The notes under the pieces were generated by a model. It was not told the origin of the DNA, did not search any database, and saw nothing but the letters and a program-made list of their open reading frames with translations. From a virus (Duplodnaviria > Caudoviricetes), in the IMG/VR virus record IMGVR_UViG_2862173500_000001, positions 1,235-65,234 of that record: DNA of 64,000 nucleotides; one strand, given 5' to 3'. The translations under genes were made by a program, and so were the position numbers. Below, piece after piece: positions 1-9,270 of the stretch (position 1 is its first letter; each line of letters begins with the position of its first letter).

Positions 1-921
1 AAACACCCCCAAGGTTCCGAGACCGGCGATCACTAGTAACTGTTGGATGGGGAAGGCGTAGATGTACACCCCGTAGGACAAGTCGTTGCGCAGGTTCGGG
101 CGCTGCAACATAGCGCCGGACGCTATGACGAGGTATGCCAACGGGATTGCCGCAAGTACGCGGTAGTTCGGCAGTAGCCCAGACACCAGGAGTAACCCAG
201 CACTCAGGGCTACCAGCGACCAGCGTGCGGGGATCTTGTCTCGGTATTGGTAGATCAAAGCACCGGCTGCGAACATCACCGCAAAGCGGGAGATCATCTG
301 CGGAATGGTAGACATCGCGAACGCTGGAAACCCGAAAACCGCTGTCGCGGCTAATGTCACCGCGAAAGCGATGGGTATCGTCCACCGGTACTTGAGCAGC
401 CCCACAACGCCGAACAACGCGACGACGAAGTAACACCCAGCCTCGAAAGCTAACGTCCACAGCGAGCCGTTCCAGACTCCGGGCCAAGGAATATCCTTTG
501 GGGTGCCGTCGATTCCGGGATAGAACAGCACATTCATTAACCCGTTATTCACCACGTACGCAAGGGGAGCGCCGGACTTCATCAATCCGCCGACCGAGCC
601 GTGTTGAATCAGCACACCGATTGGGGCGATGACGAACGCAGTCACCAAGACGCACACCCACAGGCCGGGCAGGATCCGCAGTGCGCGGGCCTTGAAGTAC
701 TCGCGCGGCTGAGGGTTTCGCATCCAACTGGAAGTGATGAGGAACCCGGAGATCGCGAAGAACCCATCCACCCCGACCTGTGACATCAGTTGAGTCACTG
801 GGGTTGGCGGGATGGGATGCCCGGTCAACGGCCAGGTGTGCCACAGGATTACCGAGGTGGCCAGGATGAGGCGCCATGCGTTCAGCGCGTTGTTTCGCGG
901 ATCGAACACCCGTCCCAGCAC
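1..921 (-). CDS. Acyltransferase family 3 (OafA-like) membrane O-acyltransferase, 3' end outside window
   Basis: Manual translation from GTG at 921 (SD GGAGG): VLGRVFDPRNNALNAWRLILATSVILWH...GVDGFFAISGFLI...ARALRILPG...NGSLWTLAFE...DLSYGVYIYAFPIQQ. These are AT3 motifs. Absent from the ORF track because the stop is off-window. Confidence 0.93.
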   Translation of the reverse strand, partial: MLGRVFDPRNNALNAWRLILATSVILWHTWPLTGHPIPPTPVTQLMSQVGVDGFFAISGFLITSSWMRNPQPREYFKARALRILPGLWVCVLVTAFVIAPIGVLIQHGSVGGLMKSGAPLAYVVNNGLMNVLFYPGIDGTPKDIPWPGVWNGSLWTLAFEAGCYFVVALFGVVGLLKYRWTIPIAFAVTLAATAVFGFPAFAMSTIPQMISRFAVMFAAGALIYQYRDKIPARWSLVALSAGLLLVSGLLPNYRVLAAIPLAYLVIASGAMLQRPNLRNDLSYGVYIYAFPIQQLLVIAGLGTLGVF

Positions 922-996
922 TTACCCTCCAAACCCCGTGCGGAGACTTTACGCCGGATCAAGATCACCCACAGTCGTTTCACAGTTCCGGCTGGA

Positions 997-1016
997 ACTA
1001 CTACGTTTGTAGTAGT
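997..1016. promoter_or_regulatory. Perfect inverted repeat ACTACTAC-GTTT-GTAGTAGT between divergent genes; possible operator
   Basis: Seen directly in an AT-rich intergenic region; GTGAA-ATA-TTCAC follows at 1018-1030. Confidence 0.4.
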
Positions 1017-1138
1017 GGTGAAATATTCACACAGTACTTTTCGTCCATTAACATTCCATTCAACTGGCAGTCGGCGTACCGTCAGTTGTGGGTTGGGGAT
1101 CAGCCCAATCACCAACTCCCATAAAGGCATTCAGGCCG

Positions 1139-1867
1139 ATGCACGCTGCCCTCATTATGTTCACTATCGCGACCATCAGCTGGTCGCTGTGGGTCAGAAG
1201 ACTCACGTGGACCTGCAATCAGGAGTTAGCCGCATCTCTGAACATTGCGTTGCAGGGCGGAGCTGTAATTCTCATGAGCCCGTTCGCCTCCGAGACCGTC
1301 GGCGCGTGGCTACATAAATGGACAGGTATGCACAATCTGGAAGATCTGATTGCGCACGACCTCTACATCATCGCTGCGTCCGCCATTATCATCGATGCCC
1401 TGTACCGCCTCGACGTGAACCTGGAGGAGAAGTTCCGCAAGTTCGTCGAACTCCCAGCCACGCTCGTAATACCGGCGATGATAACCGTTTTCACCGCCGG
1501 GGATGCAGTCGACGACTACCGCGCCGACTTCTTCAGACTGCCGGTCACTGACTGGTGGATGATGTCCTACTGGCTCATCCTCTGCGGCATGCTCGCATAC
1601 CTGCTGCTCTATTCATTTCGCGCGCTAGTTCCGTTGTGGCGAGAACGGGAGAGTCGCCTCATTGCATCGGTGTACATGTTCGCGACCGCATCGGGGGTCA
1701 CGGCTTGCGGGGCACGAATCATTACCGCGCAACTACCACTGAAAGATCAGGACACACTATGGGCAAGCATGGTGGTGTGGACGCCCGCGGCGCTGTGCGG
1801 CACCATCTTCGCCGCCGCAGCCGGCCGGTCATGGATTGATCAGGCTCGCCGTCTCATCTCCGCTTGA
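1139..1867 (+). CDS. Multi-pass membrane protein (resembles the MAB_1171c-like family)
   Basis: About seven hydrophobic segments; ATG at 1139 chosen as the start. Confidence 0.75.
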   Translation: MHAALIMFTIATISWSLWVRRLTWTCNQELAASLNIALQGGAVILMSPFASETVGAWLHKWTGMHNLEDLIAHDLYIIAASAIIIDALYRLDVNLEEKFRKFVELPATLVIPAMITVFTAGDAVDDYRADFFRLPVTDWWMMSYWLILCGMLAYLLLYSFRALVPLWRERESRLIASVYMFATASGVTACGARIITAQLPLKDQDTLWASMVVWTPAALCGTIFAAAAGRSWIDQARRLISA

Positions 1868-2291
1868 GCACGGCCCGCGACACTGATTTGGATCGACGGT
1901 CCTCCTGGTCTTTGTCCGCTTCGCGCGATGCTCGCGTCGGCGCGCGCATCTGATCCAAGGTTGACAGCAGGATTGCGCGATCCTTGTCGGACAGGCTGGT
2001 GTCAAGTCGGATGGCTTGTTCGGGGGTGACGTTCTCGTACTCGGGCAGAACGAACCCCATTGCCTCGAATGCGGCGACAGCAATCTGGGACGGTGCGACC
2101 CGGAGCGCGGCGGACAGCTCGTAGATGTTCTCCCGCTTGATTGAATCCAGCTGCCCACGTAGCCGTGAGATGGTCGATTTAGATAAGACATAGCCCTGCT
2201 CCTCAGCGTTTCGCACCAGCGCTGGATCCGACCAACCGTTGGCGGTCTTCACGCCTTCGATGAGCTGGTCGAGCCGATGCCTGGTGGCCAT
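1854..2291 (-). CDS. Immunity repressor (XRE-like HTH)
   Basis: HTH-like LSKSTISRLR...IYELSAALRVAPSQI; divergent from cro. Confidence 0.8.
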   Translation of the reverse strand: MATRHRLDQLIEGVKTANGWSDPALVRNAEEQGYVLSKSTISRLRGQLDSIKRENIYELSAALRVAPSQIAVAAFEAMGFVLPEYENVTPEQAIRLDTSLSDKDRAILLSTLDQMRAPTRASREADKDQEDRRSKSVSRAVLKRR

Positions 2292-2546
2292 GTCTTCACC
2301 GTCCAACTTTCATGGTCGCGTTGTCCACTGGGGTGGGCACTGCCGAATTGTCGCGGGTGGGCACTAAGAAGTTGAGTTGTCGCATGTAGATACTCCCAGG
2401 TAGAGGGCCATCTCGCAAAACACATTGATGTAATTTCTTGCATCTTGGGCACCCGACATGATTTGATGGACAGGAAAGCTGGACACCACGGACAGGAAGA
2501 TGTAATGTCAATGACACCCCAGACCGACCAACTTGGCGAGGTGTAC

Positions 2547-2810
2547 ATGTACGTCAGGGATCACAAGAAGATCGTCCGCCTGATGATCTGCCAAGAGGTT
2601 TCGCAGCGTGAGGTTTCAACAGCGGCCGGATGGAAGTCCCACTCCTACCTAGGCCGGATACTGCGTGGGGAGGTTCGGACACTCGATACTGACCCCGCTC
2701 TTCGGATAGCACACTTTCTCAAAGTGCCAGTCGATGATCTTTTTGCGACCAAGGTGGACAAGAAAGTTGTCCAAAAGGGTCGTGAAAATAGGACGCGGGG
2801 TGTGGCATGA
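2547..2810 (+). CDS. Cro-like HTH protein
   Basis: SQREVSTAAGWKSHSYLGRILRGE...IAHFLKVPVDDLF; SD GAGGTG before ATG 2547. Confidence 0.85.
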   Translation: MYVRDHKKIVRLMICQEVSQREVSTAAGWKSHSYLGRILRGEVRTLDTDPALRIAHFLKVPVDDLFATKVDKKVVQKGRENRTRGVA

Positions 2811-3733
2811 GTGACTGTCCTACGCCCCAGAAGGGTCAGTATCGCTCGCAGGCGGAAGCCAAGAAGGCTCAGCGCCGCCGCAACGCGGGATATGGCCGAC
2901 AGAAGCCGCACCTCTTTCCCTATGAATGCCCTAGCGGTGAGCACTGGCACCTAACCCATCACACACCGGAGAAGCAGATGACGACCTTCGACAAGAGCAC
3001 TGGTGGCGCAGGGCTGGTCCCAACCTCCAATACCTTCGAGGACTCCAGCGTTCGGCACGTCTTCACCGATCAGCCGCTCTGGCTAGGGCGCGACATCTGC
3101 AACGCCGTTGGTATCTCCAAGTATCGGGATGCCATCGCGCAGCTGGACGCCGACGAAAGGGTGTCCGTGGTCGTGGACACCCTTGGTGGACCACAGAACA
3201 TGGTGGCCGTAACCGAAGCTGGCGTGTGGTCACTCCTGCTTATCAGCCGCTCGCTCAAGGCGAAACCATTCAAGCGTTGGCTGACCCATGAGGTTCTGCC
3301 CGCAATCCGCAAGACGGGGCGCTACGACACGTCCATCGCGCTACCCGACCGATCGACCCTCGCACAGTGGGTGATCGAAGCTGAGGCCCGCCTAGGCGTG
3401 GCGGAGGCAAAAGTCGCCGAACTAGAACCTAAGGCGTCGTTCTACGACGAGCTGATGGACGCCGACGGCACCTACTCCTTCCTGGCCGTCTCCAAGATGA
3501 TCGGCTGGGGCCGCAACACGATGATGGCCGAGCTGCGCAAGTCGGGCGTTCTCCAGAAGAACAATCTTCCGTATCAGCGGTACGAACATCACTTCAAGGT
3601 CACACCCCAGACATTCGTCAACCGGAATACCGGCGAGACCGTACCCACCGCAACAACATCGGTGTGGCCCAGCGGAATCGAGTTCATCCAAAAGAAGCTC
3701 GCACGCACAGCGGAACTCATGGTGACGGCATGA
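2807..3733 (+). CDS. Phage antirepressor (BRO-N plus ANT/KilAC domains)
   Basis: BRO motifs DTLGGPQNM..VTEAGVWSLL..SR...FKRWLTHEVLPAIRKTGRY; KilAC-like PKASFYD...NLPYQRY. Confidence 0.92.
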   Translation: MSDCPTPQKGQYRSQAEAKKAQRRRNAGYGRQKPHLFPYECPSGEHWHLTHHTPEKQMTTFDKSTGGAGLVPTSNTFEDSSVRHVFTDQPLWLGRDICNAVGISKYRDAIAQLDADERVSVVVDTLGGPQNMVAVTEAGVWSLLLISRSLKAKPFKRWLTHEVLPAIRKTGRYDTSIALPDRSTLAQWVIEAEARLGVAEAKVAELEPKASFYDELMDADGTYSFLAVSKMIGWGRNTMMAELRKSGVLQKNNLPYQRYEHHFKVTPQTFVNRNTGETVPTATTSVWPSGIEFIQKKLARTAELMVTA

Positions 3734-3915
3734 GCAAGCTCTCTTACAACCGCAAGGAAGCCGCCGAATACCTCGGTATCAGCCTCTACAAGCTGGATGA
3801 GCACAAGCGAGCAGGGCACCTGTGCCCACGCTTCGATGGCAACACTCCGCTGTATCCGAAGGAAGAGCTCGACGCGTTCTTCGCAGCCCTGCCGTCAGAA
3901 CCTAAGTCGGCGTAG
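3730..3915 (+). CDS. Excisionase / HTH_17 DNA-binding protein
   Basis: YNRKEAAEYLGIS...YPKEELDAFF. Confidence 0.8.
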   Translation: MSKLSYNRKEAAEYLGISLYKLDEHKRAGHLCPRFDGNTPLYPKEELDAFFAALPSEPKSA

Positions 3916-3923
3916 CACGCCCC

Positions 3924-3983
3924 ACAACTGAATAGCCCCCCAACGCGGGAGTGGTTCTTCCGGCAAGTCGTCCCACTCCCGCG
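3924..3983 (+). promoter_or_regulatory. 15-mer ACAACTGAATAGCCC followed by an 11-bp stem hairpin
   Basis: Identical 15-mer at 56992-57006. Stem CGCGGGAGTGG/CCACTCCCGCG. Confidence 0.55.
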
Positions 3984-4013
3984 CCAACAGAACCAACACC
4001 TTGGAGGTGTGGC

Positions 4014-4322
4014 GTGTTCAAGCGTAGATCAATTGCTGCTGTAGCCGTAGTACTAGTGGCCGTCGGTAGTGCCCCACCCGCGAATGCAGATCCCGCCGAG
4101 GATCTAGCCGCCAAGTACGGGGTGGCGGTGTGTCAAAGCCTGGATGAAACCCCAACCATCGACGGGGTACTCACCACCGGTATGCGGTTGGTGAAGACAA
4201 CCGGCGTCACCCCTTATGTAGCAGGGGAAGTACTCGCCTATAGCGTCGTTGACTATTGCCCACGGCACGTCGATCTCCTGAAGCGGTTCATTGCGAAGTA
4301 CAAGGGGGATCGGTCGGTATGA
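4014..4322 (+). CDS. Secreted DUF732-like protein
   Basis: Signal peptide (APPANA-D), VC..L and YCP motifs. Confidence 0.7.
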   Translation: MFKRRSIAAVAVVLVAVGSAPPANADPAEDLAAKYGVAVCQSLDETPTIDGVLTTGMRLVKTTGVTPYVAGEVLAYSVVDYCPRHVDLLKRFIAKYKGDRSV

Positions 4323-4729
4323 GCGAGAAGCTGAATCCGTCTGAAGCACAGCGGAAAGCGATGGCGTTGGCGTTGGCCCGCAGGGTCGGGCGCGAATCCT
4401 TCGCCCAGGGAGACCTGGACGTGGTCTATCACCAGATTGAGGCCGCTAACAGCGTCCCCGAGGGTGCACCTGTTGGCACCATCGCACGACGACCAGACGG
4501 GGAGTGGGCAGCGCACCGAACCGAGTCAGGTTGGAAGTACGTGCTTCTGTCCAAAGTTGGACAGAACCCTAAGCAGGATGCCGCCGACTCTTGGCCTGTC
4601 ATCTACGACCCGAGGGCGGCTCATGTTGACGCCGTGATCGCAGCTACGGAGGCGTACACCCACTCGGTGGCTGCGGAGACATTGGGGTTCGACCCAACAG
4701 CACAACAGGAACCGGGTGCGGAGTCATGA
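4319..4729 (+). CDS. Hypothetical protein; modular paralog of 7761-8597
   Basis: Shares four near-identical DNA blocks with 7761-8597; ATGA coupling. Confidence 0.8.
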   Translation: MSEKLNPSEAQRKAMALALARRVGRESFAQGDLDVVYHQIEAANSVPEGAPVGTIARRPDGEWAAHRTESGWKYVLLSKVGQNPKQDAADSWPVIYDPRAAHVDAVIAATEAYTHSVAAETLGFDPTAQQEPGAES

Positions 4730-4974
4730 GCCCCGAAGAGGTGTTGAACCGCACCGTACTTGACTGCATCGCAGAGATCGACATGGAAGACATCGAAGAG
4801 ATGTTGGCGCTGATCCGCATCCAACTCCCTAACCCGGATTCGGTGATGTGGCGCAATGGCCCGTGTGAGTTGGAGATCTACCGCCAGTTGGTCAGGGAGT
4901 TGGGTCATCCACCGCAGGAATCAGATTGGACCGGGGAGCGCTCCGTATGGACCGAAGATGGGGAGGCTGCGTGA
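4726..4974 (+). CDS. Hypothetical protein
   Basis: ATGA-coupled ORF in the early operon. Confidence 0.7.
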   Translation: MSPEEVLNRTVLDCIAEIDMEDIEEMLALIRIQLPNPDSVMWRNGPCELEIYRQLVRELGHPPQESDWTGERSVWTEDGEAA

Positions 4975-5246
4975 TGTACGTAGCCATCTTCAACACCGTA
5001 GTGCTGGCATTTGCGATCTACGTCTTCCACCTGACCGCCTATCCCACGATGAAGGAAAGTCATCAGTTCTACGAGGCGAACCGAATTAAGTACGGAGGGT
5101 GGACCCTACCTTGGCCGCTGTGCTTCCTGTGGTGGTTCGGATTAGAGGGCGCCGCTCCGAAATTCATGCGGCGACAGGGGGATACGGAGACGGCCGAGCT
5201 GTGGCTAGCCGACTACTTCAAAAACCTGAGAGCAGGTCAATCATGA
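4974..5246 (+). CDS. Small membrane protein
   Basis: Coupled ORF with a hydrophobic N-terminus. Confidence 0.65.
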   Translation: MYVAIFNTVVLAFAIYVFHLTAYPTMKESHQFYEANRIKYGGWTLPWPLCFLWWFGLEGAAPKFMRRQGDTETAELWLADYFKNLRAGQS

Positions 5247-5395
5247 GCTCGCCAATTGCAGTCGCTGTCGTGGTGATAATCGCCTTAGTTGGCGTACCCA
5301 CCCTGGCCGTCGGGGCGTTCTTTGGCCGGGAGTGCTGGAGAACCAAGTATCACGACGGCTACATGTCCCCTCTACTGACTCGGGGGGAGGACTGA
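5243..5395 (+). CDS. Small membrane protein
   Basis: MSSPIAVAVVVIIALV; coupled. Confidence 0.6.
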   Translation: MSSPIAVAVVVIIALVGVPTLAVGAFFGRECWRTKYHDGYMSPLLTRGED

Positions 5396-5571
5396 TGCGG
5401 CATCTACTGACACTCCCTATCTGTCACGCGCACCAGGTACTTCACCCCTGCCGACCATGCGAGAAAGCTGAAGCGCGCAACCAGGTTAAGAACTTTATCG
5501 CCATCGTATGGCTACTGGTGTGCACGGTGTTCATCACGGGCGTCGTCTGGTATGCGGCGGGTGGGCGATGA
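5395..5571 (+). CDS. Small membrane protein with a Cys/His N-terminus
   Basis: SD GGAGG; CHAH..HPCRPC plus one TM helix. Confidence 0.65.
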   Translation: MRHLLTLPICHAHQVLHPCRPCEKAEARNQVKNFIAIVWLLVCTVFITGVVWYAAGGR

Positions 5572-5711
5572 CCCTCTACGAATTCCACTGGCGCAACGGC
5601 GTATCCGAGCAGATCTACGGCGACAGTGCCCATGACGCACTCAAACGTGCCGGGTACAGCGGGCTTAGCGGGCTTGACCACTACGAGACGAAGCGAGGGT
5701 TATTCCAATGA
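5568..5711 (+). CDS. Hypothetical protein
   Basis: MTLYEFHWRNG; ATGA overlaps at both ends. Confidence 0.65.
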   Translation: MTLYEFHWRNGVSEQIYGDSAHDALKRAGYSGLSGLDHYETKRGLFQ

Positions 5712-5905
5712 GTGTTATCAGTTCCCTAGTCTGCTTCCTATTCATTTCGGCCAGCTGCTTCGCCGTTTGGTGGTGGGCCGATGCGCAGCAGCACCGCGCC
5801 GAGAACAGGGCTTTGCGCCGTGAGATCGCCCGCCTGTCTAAGCATCCCTCCACCTACCACGAGCCGCCCCTTCCGTACACGAAGAGGTATGCAGATGAAG
5901 ACTAG
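5708..5905 (+). CDS. Small membrane protein
   Basis: TM helix plus a short coiled coil. Confidence 0.65.
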   Translation: MSVISSLVCFLFISASCFAVWWWADAQQHRAENRALRREIARLSKHPSTYHEPPLPYTKRYADED

Positions 5906-6119
5906 ACCTTCTAAGTATGTCGTGCAGATATCGGATCTGACTGAAGAGTATGTGTCGAATTGGGATGAGGGAGTTGGCCATATCGCGGCGTGGGCTGCTG
6001 ATCATCGTTGCTCGATGGAACCTAAGCATGCAGGCCGGAACTTCTGCGTGTGGTGGCTGCGTAGCGGAATAGACTTGGTTGCAACGGCCTTGCTAGAGCG
6101 GCGGTACTCCCATGAGTGA
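5895..6119 (+). CDS. Hypothetical protein
   Basis: SD GAGGT; continues the operon. Confidence 0.55.
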   Translation: MKTRPSKYVVQISDLTEEYVSNWDEGVGHIAAWAADHRCSMEPKHAGRNFCVWWLRSGIDLVATALLERRYSHE

Positions 6120-6288
6120 TTGCCGTTGTGAGAGACCGCTAGAGGTTCAGCCCTGGAACGGCGGGTGGCGCTGGTGCTGGGTTGATCAATCCGGCAAGCC
6201 CCATAAGGGGTTATACCCACACCCCGACAAGCAAGCCGCTAAAGCAGCGGGTGAGCGGTTTCAGTACGCGAAGGGGATGCACCCATGA
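6112..6288 (+). CDS. Hypothetical protein (58 aa)
   Basis: Manual translation MSDCRCERPLEVQPWNGGWRWCW...; fills the gap and is coupled. Confidence 0.55.
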   Translation: MSDCRCERPLEVQPWNGGWRWCWVDQSGKPHKGLYPHPDKQAAKAAGERFQYAKGMHP

Positions 6289-6476
6289 CGGTGTTGAGGT
6301 TCTGTCGGCTATGTAAGGGATCTGGGGTCATCCGAGCCGCTGAAGTGTATGGGCCGATCCGGGGCCAGATCGAGGTCTCGTATGTGGCTTGGGAGTTATC
6401 CCAACCCATTTCGTGCCCCTGTGTTCAACACCGTCAAGACGTAGTGGATGTACCAGTGTTCAGGAAGGTGTCATGA
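6285..6476 (+). CDS. Small zinc-finger protein (CxxCxGxG)
   Basis: CRLCKGSG...CPC. Confidence 0.6.
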   Translation: MTVLRFCRLCKGSGVIRAAEVYGPIRGQIEVSYVAWELSQPISCPCVQHRQDVVDVPVFRKVS

Positions 6477-6619
6477 GCGTTCACAAAGCAGAGGTTTCAG
6501 AGTTCAGTACCGACGGGGTTCTTGTCATTGGGGACTTCACACCCGGCGATGTTATTCCGCTCCACCTAGGGGCGCAGGTCGTAATCCTCACCGGCATGGA
6601 CGCACAGGAGTGGTTGTGA
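6473..6619 (+). CDS. Hypothetical protein
   Basis: Coupled small ORF. Confidence 0.55.
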   Translation: MSVHKAEVSEFSTDGVLVIGDFTPGDVIPLHLGAQVVILTGMDAQEWL

Positions 6620-7764
6620 GATTCTCCGTCCGATCCAGTGCCCTCGCGCCCGCTATCACTTCGGTAGCGGCGGGTCTACCGAGGTCGGCCGATACTCCAA
6701 CACTCGCTGGAATCCTTATCGAGCCACTTATTGGCTCAATAGCGATGAGTAGCTACGACTACGAGCGCTCGATACGCGTGGAAGTCATAGCTGACCTGGG
6801 TGAGGTTGACGAGCCCGTGCTGGTTTCAGGAAGACTGCTCGCAACCGTCGGCAAGCTGTTGCCGCCCGATACCGAGGTTGCCCTGGAGGCTAAAGGGGGA
6901 ATGCTCTCAATCAGCTGCAGCAAGGCGTCATTTGTTCTTCCGCTCATGGAGGCCCACTACTATCCACAGCTGCCGTCGGTCGCACCAGACCGAGTTGTCG
7001 GATCGGCTATGGCGTCGGACTTTAGCGCAGCCGTCGCAGCGGCAGCCCCGTTCGCAGCCGGTGACCCGGCGCTGCATGAGTGGACGGCGGTGCACCTGGT
7101 CGCTACCGAGGCGTACCTCCAGTTGACAGCTTGCGACAAGTGCTCGGTCATCGTTAAGCAGATCCCCTTTGACTTCGCCACAGGTGAGGTGATGACTGTG
7201 GATGTACCCGCTGGACTCCTGGCCGACGCGGTGGGCCCATGGAAGGGATTCGACGGGTCCGTCGAGTTGTCCTGGGACGAGAACCTATTCGCACTGTCCG
7301 GAGCCGGGTCAACGTCAACGATGAGCATCCTGGCCTACCCCTATCCATCCGTTGAGACCGTCTATCCCAAGCAGGTCACCACGGCGTGTGAGGTGACTAA
7401 GAGCCACCTAGTGACGATGCTCAGCCGCGCCTCCGCGTTCAGCTCTGGGGATTACGCCCGCATCGAGCTGTACGCGGCTGAGGGGAGTCTTGCTGTCCAG
7501 AATCTTGGCGGCGATGGGCTCATTCGTGATGAGTTGACACCGCGTAGGTTTTCGGGCACACCGGCCAAGGTGGCGGTCAATGGACGGCGCCTCGCTGCAG
7601 CACTCAAGGCCATCGATACGGATCGAATGACCCTGGGATTTAACGGTATGCGCATAGGTATCTACCCCGGAGCCCCTGAGGTCGTGTTCGAACGCGCGGG
7701 TATACCGCTACCGCCCGAAGAGATGGCAGTGGCGGTTATGGGAATGGCGGGAGATAGGCAATGA
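6616..7764 (+). CDS. DNA polymerase III beta sliding-clamp-like protein
   Basis: P.LAGILI, SYDYERSI, LVSGRLL, F.LPLM...YPQLP, L.LTACD. About 380 aa, DnaN-like layout. Start GTG 6616. Confidence 0.88.
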   Translation: MRFSVRSSALAPAITSVAAGLPRSADTPTLAGILIEPLIGSIAMSSYDYERSIRVEVIADLGEVDEPVLVSGRLLATVGKLLPPDTEVALEAKGGMLSISCSKASFVLPLMEAHYYPQLPSVAPDRVVGSAMASDFSAAVAAAAPFAAGDPALHEWTAVHLVATEAYLQLTACDKCSVIVKQIPFDFATGEVMTVDVPAGLLADAVGPWKGFDGSVELSWDENLFALSGAGSTSTMSILAYPYPSVETVYPKQVTTACEVTKSHLVTMLSRASAFSSGDYARIELYAAEGSLAVQNLGGDGLIRDELTPRRFSGTPAKVAVNGRRLAAALKAIDTDRMTLGFNGMRIGIYPGAPEVVFERAGIPLPPEEMAVAVMGMAGDRQ

Positions 7765-8597
7765 GCGCAAAGCTGAATCCGTCTGAAGCGCAGCGGGAAG
7801 CGATGGCGCAGGTACTCGGTTCGTTTGTTGCGAACGACTTGACGTGGTGCGGTGACGTATTGGGCGACATGATCGCCGCCGCTAACAGCATCCCCGAGGG
7901 TGCACCTGTTGGCACCATCGCACGACGACCAGACGGGGGGAACATCGCTGAACGGATGAATGGGGGCGATACCGTACCCAACTGGTGGCGTTACATGACT
8001 ACCAACTTCACAGACAAGGATGACGCCGACTCTTGGCCTGTCATCTACCTTCCCCCGATAACGATCACGGACGGGCCGTGGGGGCTCCTGACGTTCCATG
8101 CCGACCTAACGGCACAACAGGAACCGGCACCGTGGGTATGCGGTCACCCGAACCATGGGAACAACGACCATGACTGCAATCCGTTTAGACCGCCCGGTTC
8201 TCCCCGTATACCTCGTGTCCGTGATCGGTTGGGGGTAGACGAACAGGGGGCACGGTGGGCCGCCGAGAGTGGTGGTGTGTACCGCCACGACGGATCTCAG
8301 TGGGTCACAACATACCGGCATGGTGGTGTCACAAGATGGGGTAAAGGCTTCGAGCCTCACGTATACGAGTACACCGAAATCCTCGAGCCTCGCGTACTTC
8401 CGAGCCTTGATTGCGCCGAGGCTCGAGACGGCACAGTGTGGACAAAGGACAACCCCGTCTCACCGGGTCGACGGTTCCAGTTCGTATCGGGGATATGGAT
8501 GACCCGAAATGACGATGACGATTGGTACCGCCTCAACTGCGATGGGCTGCTATGCGGTAGTGGTTACACCGAGGTTATCGGGGATCCAGTGCAATGA
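7761..8597 (+). CDS. Hypothetical protein; modular paralog of 4319-4729 with two extra C-terminal repeats
   Basis: Shared blocks with 4319-4729; internal PRV...W...YTE(I/V) repeats. Confidence 0.8.
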   Translation: MSAKLNPSEAQREAMAQVLGSFVANDLTWCGDVLGDMIAAANSIPEGAPVGTIARRPDGGNIAERMNGGDTVPNWWRYMTTNFTDKDDADSWPVIYLPPITITDGPWGLLTFHADLTAQQEPAPWVCGHPNHGNNDHDCNPFRPPGSPRIPRVRDRLGVDEQGARWAAESGGVYRHDGSQWVTTYRHGGVTRWGKGFEPHVYEYTEILEPRVLPSLDCAEARDGTVWTKDNPVSPGRRFQFVSGIWMTRNDDDDWYRLNCDGLLCGSGYTEVIGDPVQ

Positions 8598-9094
8598 ACC
8601 GTCAGATGCGTATCGCTTTAGCGGCGGAGTTCCGCAAGTTGGCGGACAAGATTGAGCGCGAAGAGAAGTCGAAGTTCCTGGTTGAGAACGACCCCGGTAC
8701 CCGCATCCCAGTGTTGTCAGATGTTGAGGTAGGGGGCAAGAAGCGCCGCATCGGCTACGTACTGATCTCCGATCCAGAAGGGCCGCGCGACATGCCGGTC
8801 ATTACAGACGAAGCCGCCGCTATCGCTTGGGCTCTCAGGGAATTTAACGACCCCCTACTGGCCGAACACAAACTGACCGAGCAGGGCCGCAAAACAGTAA
8901 ACGCCATGGCTGTCGCGGCCTTATCGGCTGGCACTCCACTGCCCTCCGGCGTCACAGTCCAGCACGTTCCCGGCGGCAATCCGACCGTCAGCTGGCGCGG
9001 CGAAGACGATGCCCTCGCGCTACTAGAGGACATGCAGTCCCGCGGCTTATTCACCCTCGCTACAGCTTTGAGACTCAAGGAGTTGGAGTCATGA
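8594..9094 (+). CDS. Hypothetical phage protein
   Basis: Coupled ORF, 166 aa. Confidence 0.75.
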   Translation: MNRQMRIALAAEFRKLADKIEREEKSKFLVENDPGTRIPVLSDVEVGGKKRRIGYVLISDPEGPRDMPVITDEAAAIAWALREFNDPLLAEHKLTEQGRKTVNAMAVAALSAGTPLPSGVTVQHVPGGNPTVSWRGEDDALALLEDMQSRGLFTLATALRLKELES

Positions 9095-9270
9095 GCTCAC
9101 TATCGGACAGGATGCGGCTCGCCGCGGACATTATCGACGAAGCCCAAGCCAAGTACCTGGACGACTACCCATGGCTCACTGATGAACTGGCAGCGGGTTG
9201 GTCTGCCGGCGGGCTACGAACTTTCGCGGATCAGTGGGAACGCGCCTCGGATGTCTCGAGGTCGGCATGA
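9091..9270 (+). CDS. Hypothetical protein (59 aa)
   Basis: Manual translation MSSLSDRMRLAADII...; ATGA at both ends. Confidence 0.65.
   Translation: MSSLSDRMRLAADIIDEAQAKYLDDYPWLTDELAAGWSAGGLRTFADQWERASDVSRSA

Noticed and set aside
545-1130. ORF-track calls overlapping 545-1130
   Set aside because: Explained by the acyltransferase frame (921 to <1) and the intergenic promoter region.
2300-2775. Repressor operators (GGGTGGGCACT x2, TGGACA/TGTCCA half-sites, GGACAA-N5-TTGTCC at about 2755-2771)
   Set aside because: Plausible, but I could not derive one consistent consensus by eye, so they are not reported as features.
4319-8127. Diversity-generating retroelement template/variable repeat pair
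   Set aside because: No reverse transcriptase is present, mismatches are not confined to adenines, and the variable parts are wholesale replacements.
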